A DNA stretch of 64,000 bases from Podarcis melisellensis (lineage: Eukaryota): assembly GCA_964234715.1 (NCBI GenBank), contig OZ174281.1; one strand, written 5' to 3'. The notes below the pieces were generated by a model. The model was not told the DNA's origin and made no database searches. It was given only the letters and a program-made list of their open reading frames with translations. Every line of letters begins with the position of its first letter. The stretch's first letter is position 1. Made by a program: the position numbers and the translations under genes. Shown here in pieces: positions 1 to 12,152 of the stretch.

Positions 1-563
1 CATGCTTACCAACATGCACACAGCACCACTGTCATCAAGAAGGTATAGGAAAATTCCTTTTCTGTGCATTTGTGTGGGTCTCCTTTTTATGAATGGCATG
101 AGCCATTCAATTCTATGGTTTTCTATGCGAGGCAAAAATTGGATAAGATTGTGAGAGAGAAATAGTAGATCTATGCAGTGTCATGAGTCACACAGTTGCA
201 CTAAAGCAGAATACTCTCACACACAGATTTTCACCTGATGGTGTACCAGAGCAGCTACACCATTGGAAACCTTGCAGGTTTCATTTTTAAAAAAATATTA
301 AGCATAATTTAAATATTTTTATGTGTCCTGATTTAATTAGTGGAAGTTGGTCTGGTTTAAAAGAATGAGGGATGCAAATATTTTTGAGCCTTTTTGAGAC
401 ATGAATTCCTCCGTTCAAAATAACATTAATTATACTGATAAGAATAATGATAATGAAATGGCATCAGAAATTGCAGACTCCCAGCTAACCATGACATTAC
501 AAGAAAGATGATAGCACATAACTACAAAAAAAGAAATTATAAAAGGCACATACACAAAATGTA

Positions 564-1076
564 TGTTGCTGTGAGTTTCGGTGGGGGCGGGGAGTGGGAT
601 AGGTTTTATGCCGAGACCCTTGGAATAGCCAAGCTAACTTCCTGGTGTGGTAATGGGTCATTTCATTAAAGTAAAAAAGGAAGTGAATCTGTGCCAGATA
701 ACAAATAGGTGGGACCCCCTCCTTCAACTCACTGGTAGTTAGAAAGACAAAGGCCAGAGCTGGTAGTTGGTGTTATGTGAGCTGGAAGGTAGACACTGGA
801 AGCAAGGCAGCAGGCTAGGAAGGCAGAGGGTCAGAGCCATGCCTGATTTCTATTGGAATCCAAGGCAGTGGCTATGGGAGAAACTGAACCTTCTTGGGGT
901 GTTAATGCTGTGAACTCCTCCATCGTAGATTTAGATTGTGTATATATAGGTAAATAAACCATATAAACACACCACTGTCTCTGCTGTACCTCATTCCAAA
1001 GGAAACACAAACCCTGGGTAGGTGCATGGAACTGTTGTAATCTTGCACTGCTTGGAGATTGGGGAGATGTGCAACA
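564..1076 (+). mobile_element. Solo LTR-like element
   Basis: TGTTGC...GCAACA termini, near-TSD ATGTA/ATATA, TATATA and AATAAA at ~941-958. The internal part is homologous to 15598-15796. Confidence 0.55.
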
Positions 1077-1170
1077 ATATACTGTGCTCCTGCTTGCTCC
1101 ACTCTCTTCTCACTCCCTTGCCATGGCCATTGGTGTTGTGCAACCTGCCCTCTCTTGTGATCCCCTACCC

Positions 1171-1420
1171 CAGGGTAGGCAACCTAAGGCCCATGGGCCG
1201 GATGCGGCCCAATAGCCTTCTCAATCTGGCCCATGGATGGTCTGGGAATCAGTGTGTTTTTACATGAGTAGAATGTGTGCTTTTATTTAAAATGCATCTC
1301 TGGGTTATTTATGGGGCATAGGAATTCGTTCATTTCCCCCCCCCCAAATATAGTCCAGCCCACCACATGGTCTGAGAGTTGGTGGACCGGCCCGCGGCTG
1401 AAAAAGGTTGCTGACCCCAG
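1171..1420 (+). mobile_element. Non-autonomous hAT DNA transposon (MITE)
   Basis: CAGGGTAGGCAACCT...AGGTTGCTGACCCCAG imperfect TIRs; 8-bp TSD CCCTACCC (1163-1170, 1421-1428); second copy at 6511. Confidence 0.9.
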
Positions 1421-2020
1421 CCCTACCCCATCCTGCCCTCATGCAACTCCAGAATTTTGGTGCAGCAAATCCTCTAATGGGGGCTGCATGATGATAGACA
1501 CACACACACACAACTAAAACGTGTAAAAAACAATGTAAAATACCTCTCAGCTGAACTATTATTTTTCAAAAATAGGTGGGATATAAGTATTTAAATAACA
1601 TATAATAAATTCAGATCAATTGTAATATAAGAAGAGCCCTGTTGAGTCAGACTAAAGACCCACCCAGTCCAGCATTTTGTTCTTACAGTGACCAAACAGA
1701 TTTTTTTCTAGCCATAAGTTATAACATGCACATGAGAAACAAACCACTTAGAGAGAGAAAAATTCAGGAGGTGATAAAACAGAAACATAACTGATGACAA
1801 AAGAAAAACGTTATTTGGACGTGACTGGTTCTATCCTTTCTGAATGAAAATAGTTTTGCTGTTTTGTGGATTCCAATATAAAAGTTGCCTCAATTTGGTT
1901 TATTTTTTCAAGCCAGTTTTATCAGAATGAGGTAGAAAAAAATAATTGGCTTTAGCCATAGTTAGCACTGATCCCAGAAAAGACAATGCTTCACCATAAA
2001 GAAAACTTGGTTAGGGACCT

Positions 2021-2175
2021 AGGAGCAGCCTTAGACTGAGTCAGACCAATGATCCATCTTGCTTCATATTGTCAACCCTTTTTGGCAGTGGCTCTCCAGG
2101 CTCTCTCAGGAGTCCAGATATCAGAGATTGAACCTTGGACCACACCTTCCCTACCATGGAACCACAACCCTTCCC
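2021..2175 (-). mobile_element. Degenerate Squam3-type tRNA-derived SINE
   Basis: Similar to the reverse complement of the 35055 copy (actgagtcagaccaatg...ggcagtggctctccagg...gattgaacct). Confidence 0.6.
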
Positions 2176-3402
2176 TGTAGTTTCAGGTCTTTATAACTAT
2201 GCTGTAGACATATATTTAGAAAATCACAAGATTATTGTTGATTAAAGTACTTAATGTAATGCTGCAATAATAGATCATTGCAGATAAAAATATTAGGATT
2301 TCTAAAATAAAAAAATGTAAATAAACAATTATTCATTGTGTTCAGTAGTTAAATCTATTGGGTAGTAACAAAAAGTGTACAAATGATGTGTATATAAAGA
2401 CAAACCTTAAGAAAGCAAAATAAAATCACAAATGACATTTAGTAGAAAACCATGAAAGGAAATTGTCTTTAATTAGTTCACAGTTGGAGATTTGTTCATA
2501 GTGCTTATTTTAGTTAAGTCTTTCATTGGGGAGAAACAAGCTATTTAACTTTCAGGATCCTTGGAGGCGGGAGAGAGATTTGATGCAACCACATTGCAGA
2601 TAGATGAAAAATATTTCTAATATATTTGTTTAGATACACATTTCATCATGTTTAAAGAACTCAGGTCTCTCCCCTCCCTCACAGAATAACCCTATTCCAA
2701 AACTAAGATAGTTAAAATAACTTATAAATACTGGAAAAAACATGTTTTACAATAGTACTGTTCTGAAATCTGACCTCCAGTTTCTTGAGAGTTTTATTTT
2801 CTGTCCCAGTTGCATTGCCTCCCCTCCCCACCCTCAAACTATATGAAGTATGATGGTACAAACTCAAGCAGACAACAGACTGGATTAAAAATTGCCACAC
2901 ATTTATTGATAACAGGTGTAGGTGGAACTTTGGCTCAAGCACTGGGTGTATATCCATTTCAGCCTCATGTCAGAGGGCTGGAACCACTTCAGGGTTGTGC
3001 CACAGATTAGGGCCTCCCCAAGATGCCAATCTACTGAGTTGGTCATCCTAAGGCCGCCACTGGAAGCCCTATGGCCCAACTGTCCTACGCTTGGCTTCTG
3101 GACAAGGACTTCCACCAAGACCCCTGAATACGCCACTGATACAGTACTGGGTGATGCACCACTTCACCCTACACTTGTAGACTGGGATTCCACCCAATGC
3201 TTTAACCGCCAAAAGCTGTGACGTTTTGCTATGGGGAAGGGAAAACCTCTAGACCAGACAATTTGTCTACACAGGTAAATTCCTTCCCTGCTCCAAATAT
3301 GGCAACCATTACCAACCATAGCAAGGTTATGATGCACAAGGAAACCATTGGTTAAATGGAATAAAACATAGGGAATAAAGCAGTGTCAAAGTGAAACCTA
3401 AA

Positions 3403-3562
3403 AAGAAAGAATAAGAGTTTGGATTTGATATCCTGCCTTTCACTCCCCTTCAGGAGTCTCAAAGCGGCTAACATTCTCCTTTCCCTTCCTCCCCCACAAC
3501 AAACACTCTGTGAGGTGAGTGGGGCTGAGAGACTTCCGCTCTTAACCACTACACCACACTGG
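3403..3562 (-). mobile_element. tRNA/CORE-type SINE with internal deletion
   Basis: Near-identical to 5837-6081 but lacks ~90 bp between two GAGACT repeats. Confidence 0.85.
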
Positions 3563-4094
3563 GAAAAACTTTTTAGAGGCTTGATAAACAATTAGCATGA
3601 ACTTCATTTTTCTACCTTGTTCTCAGAGCACTTTCTAACGTCCTTAAAATTTCAGCCAATGAGTGCTTGGTGGTGCTGTTACATCATCGTGGGTGTGGGT
3701 GTTTCTTTTTCCAGTAGATATTTCGCCCAGTGCTCTGCAACCTCTCCAGCTGCCTGCACTTCCTGATCTGAAGAAGCACCATGGCAGGAGTTAACTCACA
3801 ATATCTTCTCTGGGGCTGTAACTGAAGCAGGAGCAATTGGGGAGGCTGCAGAGTGCAGATCACTGGTGAGATGATTTGCAGGATAAAAGAAAGGATGCTC
3901 AAAACATCCTTCAGTCTCCTCAGAAGTAAGGAAAGTACAACAAAAATCCTGTTTCCGAACTGCAAGAAATTTACCCCTTCGATAATTTTTGAATACAAGT
4001 TCTTTTTGTGTTAATTGATGGAGAATGGCTGTATTTGAACATATGTACAATTTTACTACGTCAACAAATTAAAAGTTTAAAAGAGGGCATATAT

Positions 4095-4843
4095 TGCGGT
4101 AAGACCTGGAAAACTGACCCCCTGTGTTGTGGGTGGGTACGATTGGTCAGCCACAACATCCAATTCGTAGGTCCATCGAAGCTGGGTACAATCTGGCCAA
4201 TGGGACACAGTCCAAATGGTTCGAGGGGCCTATTTATGCCCATGCACGTGACCCAGAGCTTCCTCTTTTGGTGCGTGCATTTGGAACACCCACCCACCTC
4301 TCCCTACTTTTAGGGCTTTGTGCTTGACCTTGCTATGCAGTCGTGTGTCATCTGTCATTGGGACAGTGGCTCAGCAGGAATTTTCCCCACTTGGCTGATT
4401 GGCTGGTGCCATTTGGGTTTTGCCTGCCCCGTAGCAAATCATCACAACTTGTAAGATTGCGGATAGGCTCTGGTTCAGGTAATAGGGATGGGAGAACTCT
4501 CTCGCCATCCCTATGTGAAGGGTATTCCGTTAAAGGAATCCAGGGACTCAGTGGTTTGGTCAACCCCTGAGAGGGGGGTTGTGCCCGTGCCTGAGTCCAG
4601 GGAGATATTTGGGTGGCGGAGTTAGCCTGTTCCCAGCTTTCTGCTTATCCAGGTGTTCACCCTTGGCTGACCTATGCTGGAACCCTGGGTCAGCGCTACC
4701 TGCTAGTCGAACCAGAGCCTATGCAACCTGTCACATTCTGTAATCAATAAAGTTGTGGCCTAAACTCTGCCAAAAACCAAACCAAAAATTTGAGTCAAGT
4801 ATGAGTTTATTTAGGGGGGAGATTTCATGGTTCTGAACATGCA
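4095..4843 (+). mobile_element. LTR-like terminal repeat (Gypsy/ERV solo LTR or DIRS/Ngaro-type), family uncertain
   Basis: GC-richer block with TG...CA ends, CCAAT/ATTGG boxes, TATTTAT at ~4231 and AATAAA at 4747. No clear TSD. Confidence 0.55.
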
Positions 4844-5251
4844 AATGCATGTGGGGTGTTTATGTTAAGACCATTTCATTAATAAAAAAATCAACCCTTT
4901 CCTGAAGATACTAATAAATATTTTCCTCTGGACCCTTGGGTCTGGTGTGGTTTAGGTCAGAATCATGTTGTGTATGCCTTTATTTGGTTTCTTTATTGTT
5001 TCTCTATTTTTAAAATTTGTTGGTGGACTTGTCTTTTGCTGGTCCTAGGTACCTCTCAACTGTCACATGCCAGAACATTGGGGTTCATGGTTAAAATGGA
5101 TTAAAGGGCTCTGTTGCCCCAGCATAGGAAATCTACTTTTAAAAGGAACCAGCCCTTTTGCAGTTTGGAAAGCGATGAGAAAATAAATTGAAAAGTGTGG
5201 GATGAACAAATAGCTAACAAGAAGATGTATATACACCCCTACAAGGAAATT

Positions 5252-6409
5252 GGGAAAGGAGTACGACAAGGCTGTATATTGTCTCCCTGCTTATTTAACT
5301 TATATGCAGAATTCATCACGTGAAAGGCCGGGCTGGATGAATCCCTAGCCAGAATTAAGATTGCCGGAAGAAATATCAACAACCTCAGATATGCAGATGA
5401 CATAACCTTGATGGCAGAAAGTGAGGAGGAATTAAAGAACCTTTTAATGATTGTGAAAGAGGAGAGCGCAAAATATGGTCTGAAGCTCAACATCAAAAAA
5501 ACAAAGATCATGGCCACTGGTCCCATCACCTCCTGGCAAATAGAAGGGGAAGAAATGGAGGCAGTGAGAGATTTTACTTTCTTGGGCTCCATGATCACTG
5601 CAGATGGTGACAGCAGCCACGAAATTAAAAGATGCCTGCTTCTTGGGAGAAAAGCAATGACAAACCTAGGCAGCATCTTAAAAAGTAGAGACATCACTTT
5701 GCCAACAAAATTCCGTATAGTTAAAGCTATGGTTTTCCCAGTAGTGATGTATGGAAGTGAAAGCTGGACCATAAAGAAGGCTGATCGCCGAAGAATTGAT
5801 GCTTTTGAATTATGGTGGTGGAGGAGACTCTTGAGAAGAAGAAGAAGAGTTTGGATTTGATATCCCGCCTTTCACTCCCCTTCAGGAGTCTTAAAGCGGC
5901 TAACATTCTCCTTTCCCTTCCTCCCCCACAACAAACACTCTGTGAGGTGAGTGGGGCTGAGAGACTTCAAAGAAGTGTGACTGGCCCAAGGTCACCCAGC
6001 AGCTGCATGTGGAGGAGCGGAGACGCGAACCCGGTTCCCCAGATTACGAGACTACCGCTCTTAACCACTACACCACACTGGCCCATGGATTGCAAGAAGA
6101 TCAAACCTATCCATTCTTAAGGAAATCAGCCCTGAGTGCTCACTGGAAGGACAGATCCTGAAGCTGAGGGTCCGATATTTTGGCCACCTCATGAGAAGAG
6201 AAGACTCCCTGGAAAAGACCCTGATGTTGGGAAAGATGGAGGGCACAAGGAGAAGGGGACAACAGAGGACGAGATGGTTGGATAGTGTTCGTGAAGCTAC
6301 CAGCATGACTTTGACCAAACTGCGGGAGGCAGTGGAAGACAGAAGTGCCTGGCGTGCTCTGATCCATGGGGTTACGAAGAGTCGGACACGACTAAACAAC
6401 TAAACAACA
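5252..6409 (+). mobile_element. BovB (RTE-clade) LINE, 5'-truncated, interrupted by a SINE
   Basis: RT fragment (NNLRYADD, AESEEELK..GLKLNIKKTKIM, RRIDAFELW), 3' end with (CAA)n tail, 11-bp TSD ACAAGGAAATT (5241-5251, 6410-6420). Confidence 0.97.
5837..6081 (-). mobile_element. Full-length tRNA/CORE-type SINE (Squam2/MIR-like) nested in BovB
   Basis: On the minus strand: A-box TGGTGTAGTGG, B-box GGTTCGCGTC, CORE-like GGGTGACCTTGGGCCAGTCAC, and a (TCT)n tail. Confidence 0.88.
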
Positions 6410-6510
6410 ACAAGGAAATTAGAATGACTGCACAATAAGCAGGTCATCTGAAGGGGCCCTCAATCTTGTTTGATAAGCCAAGCACCTTAGAAACAGGCTA
6501 CTGCATAAAG

Positions 6511-6753
6511 CAGGGGTCAGTAAACTTTTTCAGCAGAGGGCTGGTCCACTGTCCCTCAGACCTTGTGGGGGGCTGGACTATATTTTGAAAGGGGGAAAAA
6601 CGAATTCCTATGTCCCACAAATAACCCAGAGATGCATTTTAAATAAAAAGACACATTTCTACTCATGTAAAAACATGCTGATTCCAGGACCATCTGCGGG
6701 CCGGATTTAGAAGGCGATTGGGCCGGATCTGGCCCCTGGGCCTTATACCCATA
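6511..6753 (-). mobile_element. Non-autonomous hAT MITE (same family as 1171)
   Basis: Reverse-complement homolog of 1171-1420; 8-bp TSD GCATAAAG (6503-6510, 6754-6761). Confidence 0.9.
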
Positions 6754-8161
6754 GCATAAAGCCATGAGAGAAAGATGAATGGTGGTAGAGAGAGTTCTGT
6801 ACTACTGATCCCATCTTCCTGAATTATGTACACAGAATGAAAGCTGGTTGCCTAGGTAGTGTACTCCCCCCCAGCCCCCCCCATCCACATGGTACACTAC
6901 ATTTCCCAAGCAGCAGTGCCAAAATGTTTGTGCACAAAATAATTAAGCAGAATTAAAACCGTGAGGGGAGATACTTTTGTACATTTGCAAAGTCTTCCTC
7001 ATAATTGGCAAACCAACAGTGATGCAAGCAGCAATGTGATTGTCTAACTTCTGGTCCCATTTGAGCAGTTTGAATATGTTTCAGCACACAACAAATTTCC
7101 TGGAAAAAGTTTTTAAAGTTAATGAATCCTAAAGACTATAATTGCTTCAAACTGTATGTAGTAAATACTTGATTTATCTACTAGTCCTTAGTTTCCTTAT
7201 TTGATGGCCGTATGGTTATACTTCATCTTTGTTCTTTTATGTTGAAAGCAACTAAATCTTGATACTATATTAATATGAAAGAATGCAGATATTAAATGTA
7301 AGTACAGAGGAAAGGTTTAATACCTAGGCTCTACCTTCATGGCATTGATAAAACTGAGAGGCCATGCCTCATTGTTTAGTGACAAAATTAATGAATATTA
7401 TTATCCATCTTTCTCTCTACCTTTCCTTCCATCTACATTCCTCACAAGTATTTACTGAAACAATAAACTCTTTAATATTTAACAAGGTGTGTTCAACTTT
7501 GACAAGGAAACTGTTTAAATTTTTACTGAATTTTTGTGTTTGAAGCTATAACGCCTGTGAATAGTTTTTGTGAAATATCTGTAGCTATGTGATGCAATGT
7601 GACATGTAAAGCAATGCAAATTCTTTATCCTAGGCAATCCCAACCTAATACAAGCAGACTTCAAGTCTTTCTCTCCTTCCTCCTGCAGTCCCTGCTCCAC
7701 AAAATCTGCTCCTGAATCTGCTCTGGTCCTTCAGTCCTCCAGAGCAGATTTAGGGGGCACAGCAAGCTTCAGGTGGTGAAGGGGGAGGAAAGAGAGATCC
7801 TACTGCATGGGCAGAAGGCCCTATTTGAAGTCATCCATTGTGTACATCTTGAGAAATTTCATAAGTGTTGTAAATACTTTGTGAGAAGAGTCTGAGAGAG
7901 CCACAGAATCACCATTTGTTTGATTTCAGTTTTGCTATTACATGCTTTTTGAATATTATATATCATGCTGTTTCTCAGGAATCATTGGCAGACTGAATAA
8001 TGTGGGTCACTGATCTGAGACCGAAATAAAGGAACATCTCCTACCCAGTTCCTTCTTGCCTTATGCAGAATTTGCAGGCAGTGCTCCAGAGGGTTTGCTT
8101 TAAACAGCTTTCACGCCACATATTTGTGAAACCAGGGATGGAGAACCTAAAGTTCAGAGGT

Positions 8162-8677
8162 TGTCAGGGACTCTACCGAGGAGGGCTGCACTGAGGAGGA
8201 ATGGTGGGAGCCTCCCCCTGCTCCTGACCAGGATCCTGAATCTTCCCAGGAGCAAGAAGACAGTATAGATTTGGAACAGTGGTTTGCAAAGGGACATAGT
8301 TCAGAAGGCAGAAGCTGGAAAGTACTGGGTGGGGAACAGCTAGGAGGAGGAGAACTGAGAGAGAGTGTGTGTTTGTTCACAGACTCACTGTCGCTGCAAA
8401 GCATGCATCTGCTCAGCCCAAGGTCAAGAAGAGCAGATAAGGTACAGCACAGAAAGCACAGTGGTTGTGAGATCAGGTTGCAAGATGCGGTAGTGATGTG
8501 GATTACTAGGGAGGAAGTGGGTGGAATGCTGAATTGGGAGCACCTTTATTCCTAGGAATGGATTCTTTGTTCTCTCCCTGTGAGCATTAAAAATTCTAAC
8601 TGGTAAGAGACTCATTTCTCTTTGTTCTGGGTATCTAATGCCAAGGGGAGGGGAATCCGAGTCCCTGAAGCCTGACA
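8162..8677 (+). mobile_element. Solo LTR (Gypsy-like)
   Basis: TGTCAGG...CCTGACA inverted termini; perfect 5-bp TSD GAGGT (8157-8161, 8678-8682); ATTAAA at ~8586. Confidence 0.88.
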
Positions 8678-10107
8678 GAGGTAGAATGTTGCCTTCCATG
8701 CCTCTGTATCTGACCCTTAGAACTCTCTGCAGGCCACCAACCCCAGAAAGGAAGCGGGCCTTACTCTGAAAAAGACTTTTCATCATTAAAATAAATCAAC
8801 AGCATATTCTTGACTATGCAAACCATACACAAGGTGAATGTGCTGCTCTTATATTTGAAAACCTAAGGTGCAAGAGAAGAATTGTCATTTCAAATTCACT
8901 CAGGTGGAAAAGCACGGGAAATTGCAAGTTAAGGTACCCTCAAATGTAAGTGGTAAGCATGTTTTTTAGAATCATATACAGTTTTTGCTAACAGTAAAAC
9001 CTTTCTGCCCCAATCCTCTTTGTCTGCAGATGGGGACAAGCACTAAAGCCCCAAGATAATACACAAGCCAGCGAGTAAAAGGAATAAGTCCCACATTTAT
9101 GATGAAACGGAAATCTTTTGCGACAAGTTGGCTCTGTTTGAAATGAATTAATTAAATCATTAGAATGTATAAGCAGAGCAAAGGAAATTTGCAAATTTCA
9201 TTTTCTGATGAGCTTGAATAGATACTTTGCTATTTTTTACTTTTGGTTGAACATACACTAGATATATGAAGCATGGAATTGTGGTATTGTGAAAAGCTTT
9301 TGGGCACAGGTTACTGTGGAATAAGTAAAACTGCATGTTTTTTAACCTCAGGTTATTCTTACCTAGAATTTTTGATGGAGGCATTGGTCTTAAAAATGAA
9401 GCCAATGCATATCTACTCAGAGCTTACTGTCAGGTAAGTGTATAGGATTGCAGTCTTAGTAACATGTTTTAAATGGACTTCATTATTCTTTTGTTTTGTT
9501 GGCACATATTCACAAATTGCTCATATATTCACAAAATCCTCATACATGTTCAGGGGGATACAAGGGCATGGGTTTTAGCCTTGATGGATAAATTGACTGA
9601 ATAAGTATGGGTGTATGATGGATGAACAATCAGACTCATTGGATTAGAAGGACTTATTTTCTGAGTTATTTTTGTATGATTTTTTGCATAATTGTTATCT
9701 CTCTTAAGTGATTGCAGTAGTCAGTTTTGGTTATAATATGTGTTGAATTTTCTGATCTTCTTTGGATTTATTTGTTCATTTTATTTATTTATTATAAAGC
9801 TCTGTGAAGCAGGAGTTTTTCCAGAGACAGAAATATTGTGAATTGATGAAATCTGTAGTAGTTCATAGGCAATTAAGTTCCAATGTTGGTGCTATGTGTA
9901 AAACTGTAAGTGTTAAATCAAGTGTGTGGTATATACGTAATCCACAAGGCACTCAAATTGAAAAACAATACCAACATGCATTTGAGAAAATGGTAAACTA
10001 CTAAATACAAAAATAGAGCCCTCATAATCTAATCAACTTGGCATACATGCCCCTATAAAGTTTCACTAGTCTTAAATAATAATAATAATATAATAATAAT
10101 TTATTAT

Positions 10108-10372
10108 GCTCAGTCCCTGCCAACCTAGCAGTTCGAAAGCACGTCAAAGTGCAAGCAGATAAATAGGTACCGCTCTGGCGGGAAGGTAAATGGTGTTTCC
10201 GTGCGCTCCTCTGGTTTGCCAGAAGTGACTTAGTCATGCTGGCCACATGACCCAGAAGCTATACGCTGGCTCCCTCGACCAATAAAGCGAGATGAGTGCC
10301 GCAACCCCAGAGTCGGCCACGACTGGACCTAATGGTCAGGGGTCCCTTTACATTTACATTTACCTTTACCTT
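10108..10372 (+). mobile_element. Sauria SINE (5'-truncated) inserted in the tail of an L2
   Basis: Homologous to the full copy at 22201; (ACCTTT)n tail. Confidence 0.92.
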
Positions 10373-10578
10373 TATTTATACCCCGCCCATCTGCCTGGGT
10401 TTCCTCAGCCACTCTGGGTGGCTCCCAACAGAATTAAAAGCACAATAAAACATCAAACATTAAAAACTTCCCTAAACAGGGCTTCCTTCAGATGTATTCT
10501 AAAAGTCAGATAGTTCTTTATCTCCTTGACATCTGATGGGAGGGCGTTCCACAGGGCAGGCGCCACTACTAAGAAGGA
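10373..10578 (-). mobile_element. L2 LINE 3' end; its (AAT)n tail is displaced to 10076-10106
   Basis: Reverse-complement match to the L2 3' end at 14207-14504 and direct match to 50559-50740. Confidence 0.8.
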
Positions 10579-10793
10579 TTGGCAAAGAACTGAACTATGT
10601 AGTAACCTTGGAACTAATTAAAAGTATAAAATTGCCTACAGAATGAGTGCATTCAATAGTAATTAGAAGAAAAGGAGTCTGCATTGTGTCTTTACATCTG
10701 AAGGTACACTTTTCCACGGCTTATCAGGATTTTTTTTTAATGACATGGCTTATTTCTCAACACCAGATACATCAAGATGATCAAGATGATTTA

Positions 10794-11006
10794 AAACAAA
10801 CAAAAAAAAATTCCTTCCAGTGGCACCTTAAAGACCAACTAAGTTAGTTCTTGGTATGAGCTTTCGTGTGCATGCACACTTCTTCAGATACATGCATGCA
10901 CACGAAAGCTCATACCAAGAACTAACTTAGTTGGTCTTTAAGGTGCCACTGGAAGGATTTTTTTTTGTTTTGACTATGGCAGACCAACACGGCTACCTAT
11001 CTGTAA
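10794..11006. mobile_element. Penelope-like element remnant (inverted pseudo-LTR)
   Basis: 65-bp perfect inverted repeat (10812-10876 / 10893-10957); 12-bp TSD CAAGATGATTTA (10782-10793, 11007-11018); terminus GACCAACACGGCTAC as I recall for reptile PLEs. Confidence 0.85.
10854..10891 (-). ncRNA. Minimal type I hammerhead-ribozyme motif of a Penelope-like pLTR
   Basis: The minus strand reads GUAU-CUGAAGA-A-GUGUGCAUGCACAC-GAAA-GC-UC-AUAC: P1 GUAU/AUAC, core CUGANGA...GAAA, palindromic P2, vestigial P3, UH = UC. Confidence 0.7.
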
Positions 11007-11717
11007 CAAGATGATTTAGGAAAACTCCACTAGATGGACAGAGTTCACTTCTAATATCCCCTTTTCTTTTTGCATTTCATCTTTTGAGTTAAGATCAGCA
11101 ACAGAGGGTTTTCAAAGGAAAATGCTGCACATATTTGAAGGTATATGCTGCTGATGTCTTTATTTGAAGCAAAACAATGGAAGGGCTTCATGAGTACTGA
11201 AAAGAGCTCTGGAAAGAACAAGAGCAGCACATCTAAAACTGAATGGGAATTCTGGCTATACCTATTTGCAGGAAAAATCCCTGTTTTCTGATCTCTGTCC
11301 CTCTTGGGAACACCTTCTGTAAAATTCTGTTTGTATGAGATGCCCATGATGTTCTTCAGGATTCAACCTGGCCTCTAGAAGTTAAATATTAGTGGGAGAA
11401 GTAGATGTATCTTGCTTCTAGTGCACTTGCAGCCTTTCATTTTATTCCCTGAAGTTGCTGGGTGAATTTTGGAATGCCATTTAGCCTATCTCTGATGGTT
11501 TTCCAATGTAAGATAAAGTCTATTAGACAGACTTTGGTCTGGCAAGGTGATCTGTTAAGTCATCAGCTGTTGTTATTTATATTGGGCTGATTTATAAGAT
11601 ATATATTTTTACTAGCTTTTTTATGTACTGTTTTATATTTAAAAGGAACGTTTTAAGTTGTGTTCTGCCTTGTTTCCTATTAACCACCTTGGGCACTATT
11701 TTGCAGGAAAGTAAAAT

Positions 11718-11778
11718 GGTAAAGGTAAAGGACCCCTGACAGTTAAGTCCAATCGCGAATGACTCTAGGGTTGCGGCT
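11718..11778 (-). mobile_element. Sauria SINE 3' fragment
   Basis: GGTAAAGGTAAAGGACCCCTG...GACTCTAGGGTTGCG. Confidence 0.7.
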
Positions 11779-12152
11779 GTAATAAATAACACACCAAATG
11801 GTTCAACTCTGTGGTTTTCTAAGTTTCCTTGTAGGAATTAAAGAAGCATGTGTCTTATCAAGCATGAATATAACACTGACCCATTTTCAATATGCCCGTA
11901 GTTTGAGTATGAATTTAAGAAGAACCTACTTGCTCACAGTAACCCACGTTTTGCCCACTCCAGCACTAGTCATTAGAGCAGTATATTACAGAGCTATGAC
12001 CATAACTAAAAAGATCCACTTATGGTCCTGGAAATGCATAGTGTGTCATAGCACATCAGGAACCTTTACCTGCCATTTAAAATACATGAATCAATTGTTT
12101 TCCTATATTCTTTTGTCATAAGAATAGTATTTGAAAAATAACATAGAGTAAA

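Noticed and set aside
3684-4050. Overlapping ORFs and an acceptor-like TTCTTTTTCCAG at 3714
   Set aside because: All plus frames stop quickly and I recognise no protein or CCDC178 similarity. It may be a decayed LINE 5' region but I cannot support that.
5239-5772. 177-aa minus-strand ORF and other antisense ORFs over BovB (6061-6399, 38544-38891)
   Set aside because: Antisense shadows of BovB coding sequence.
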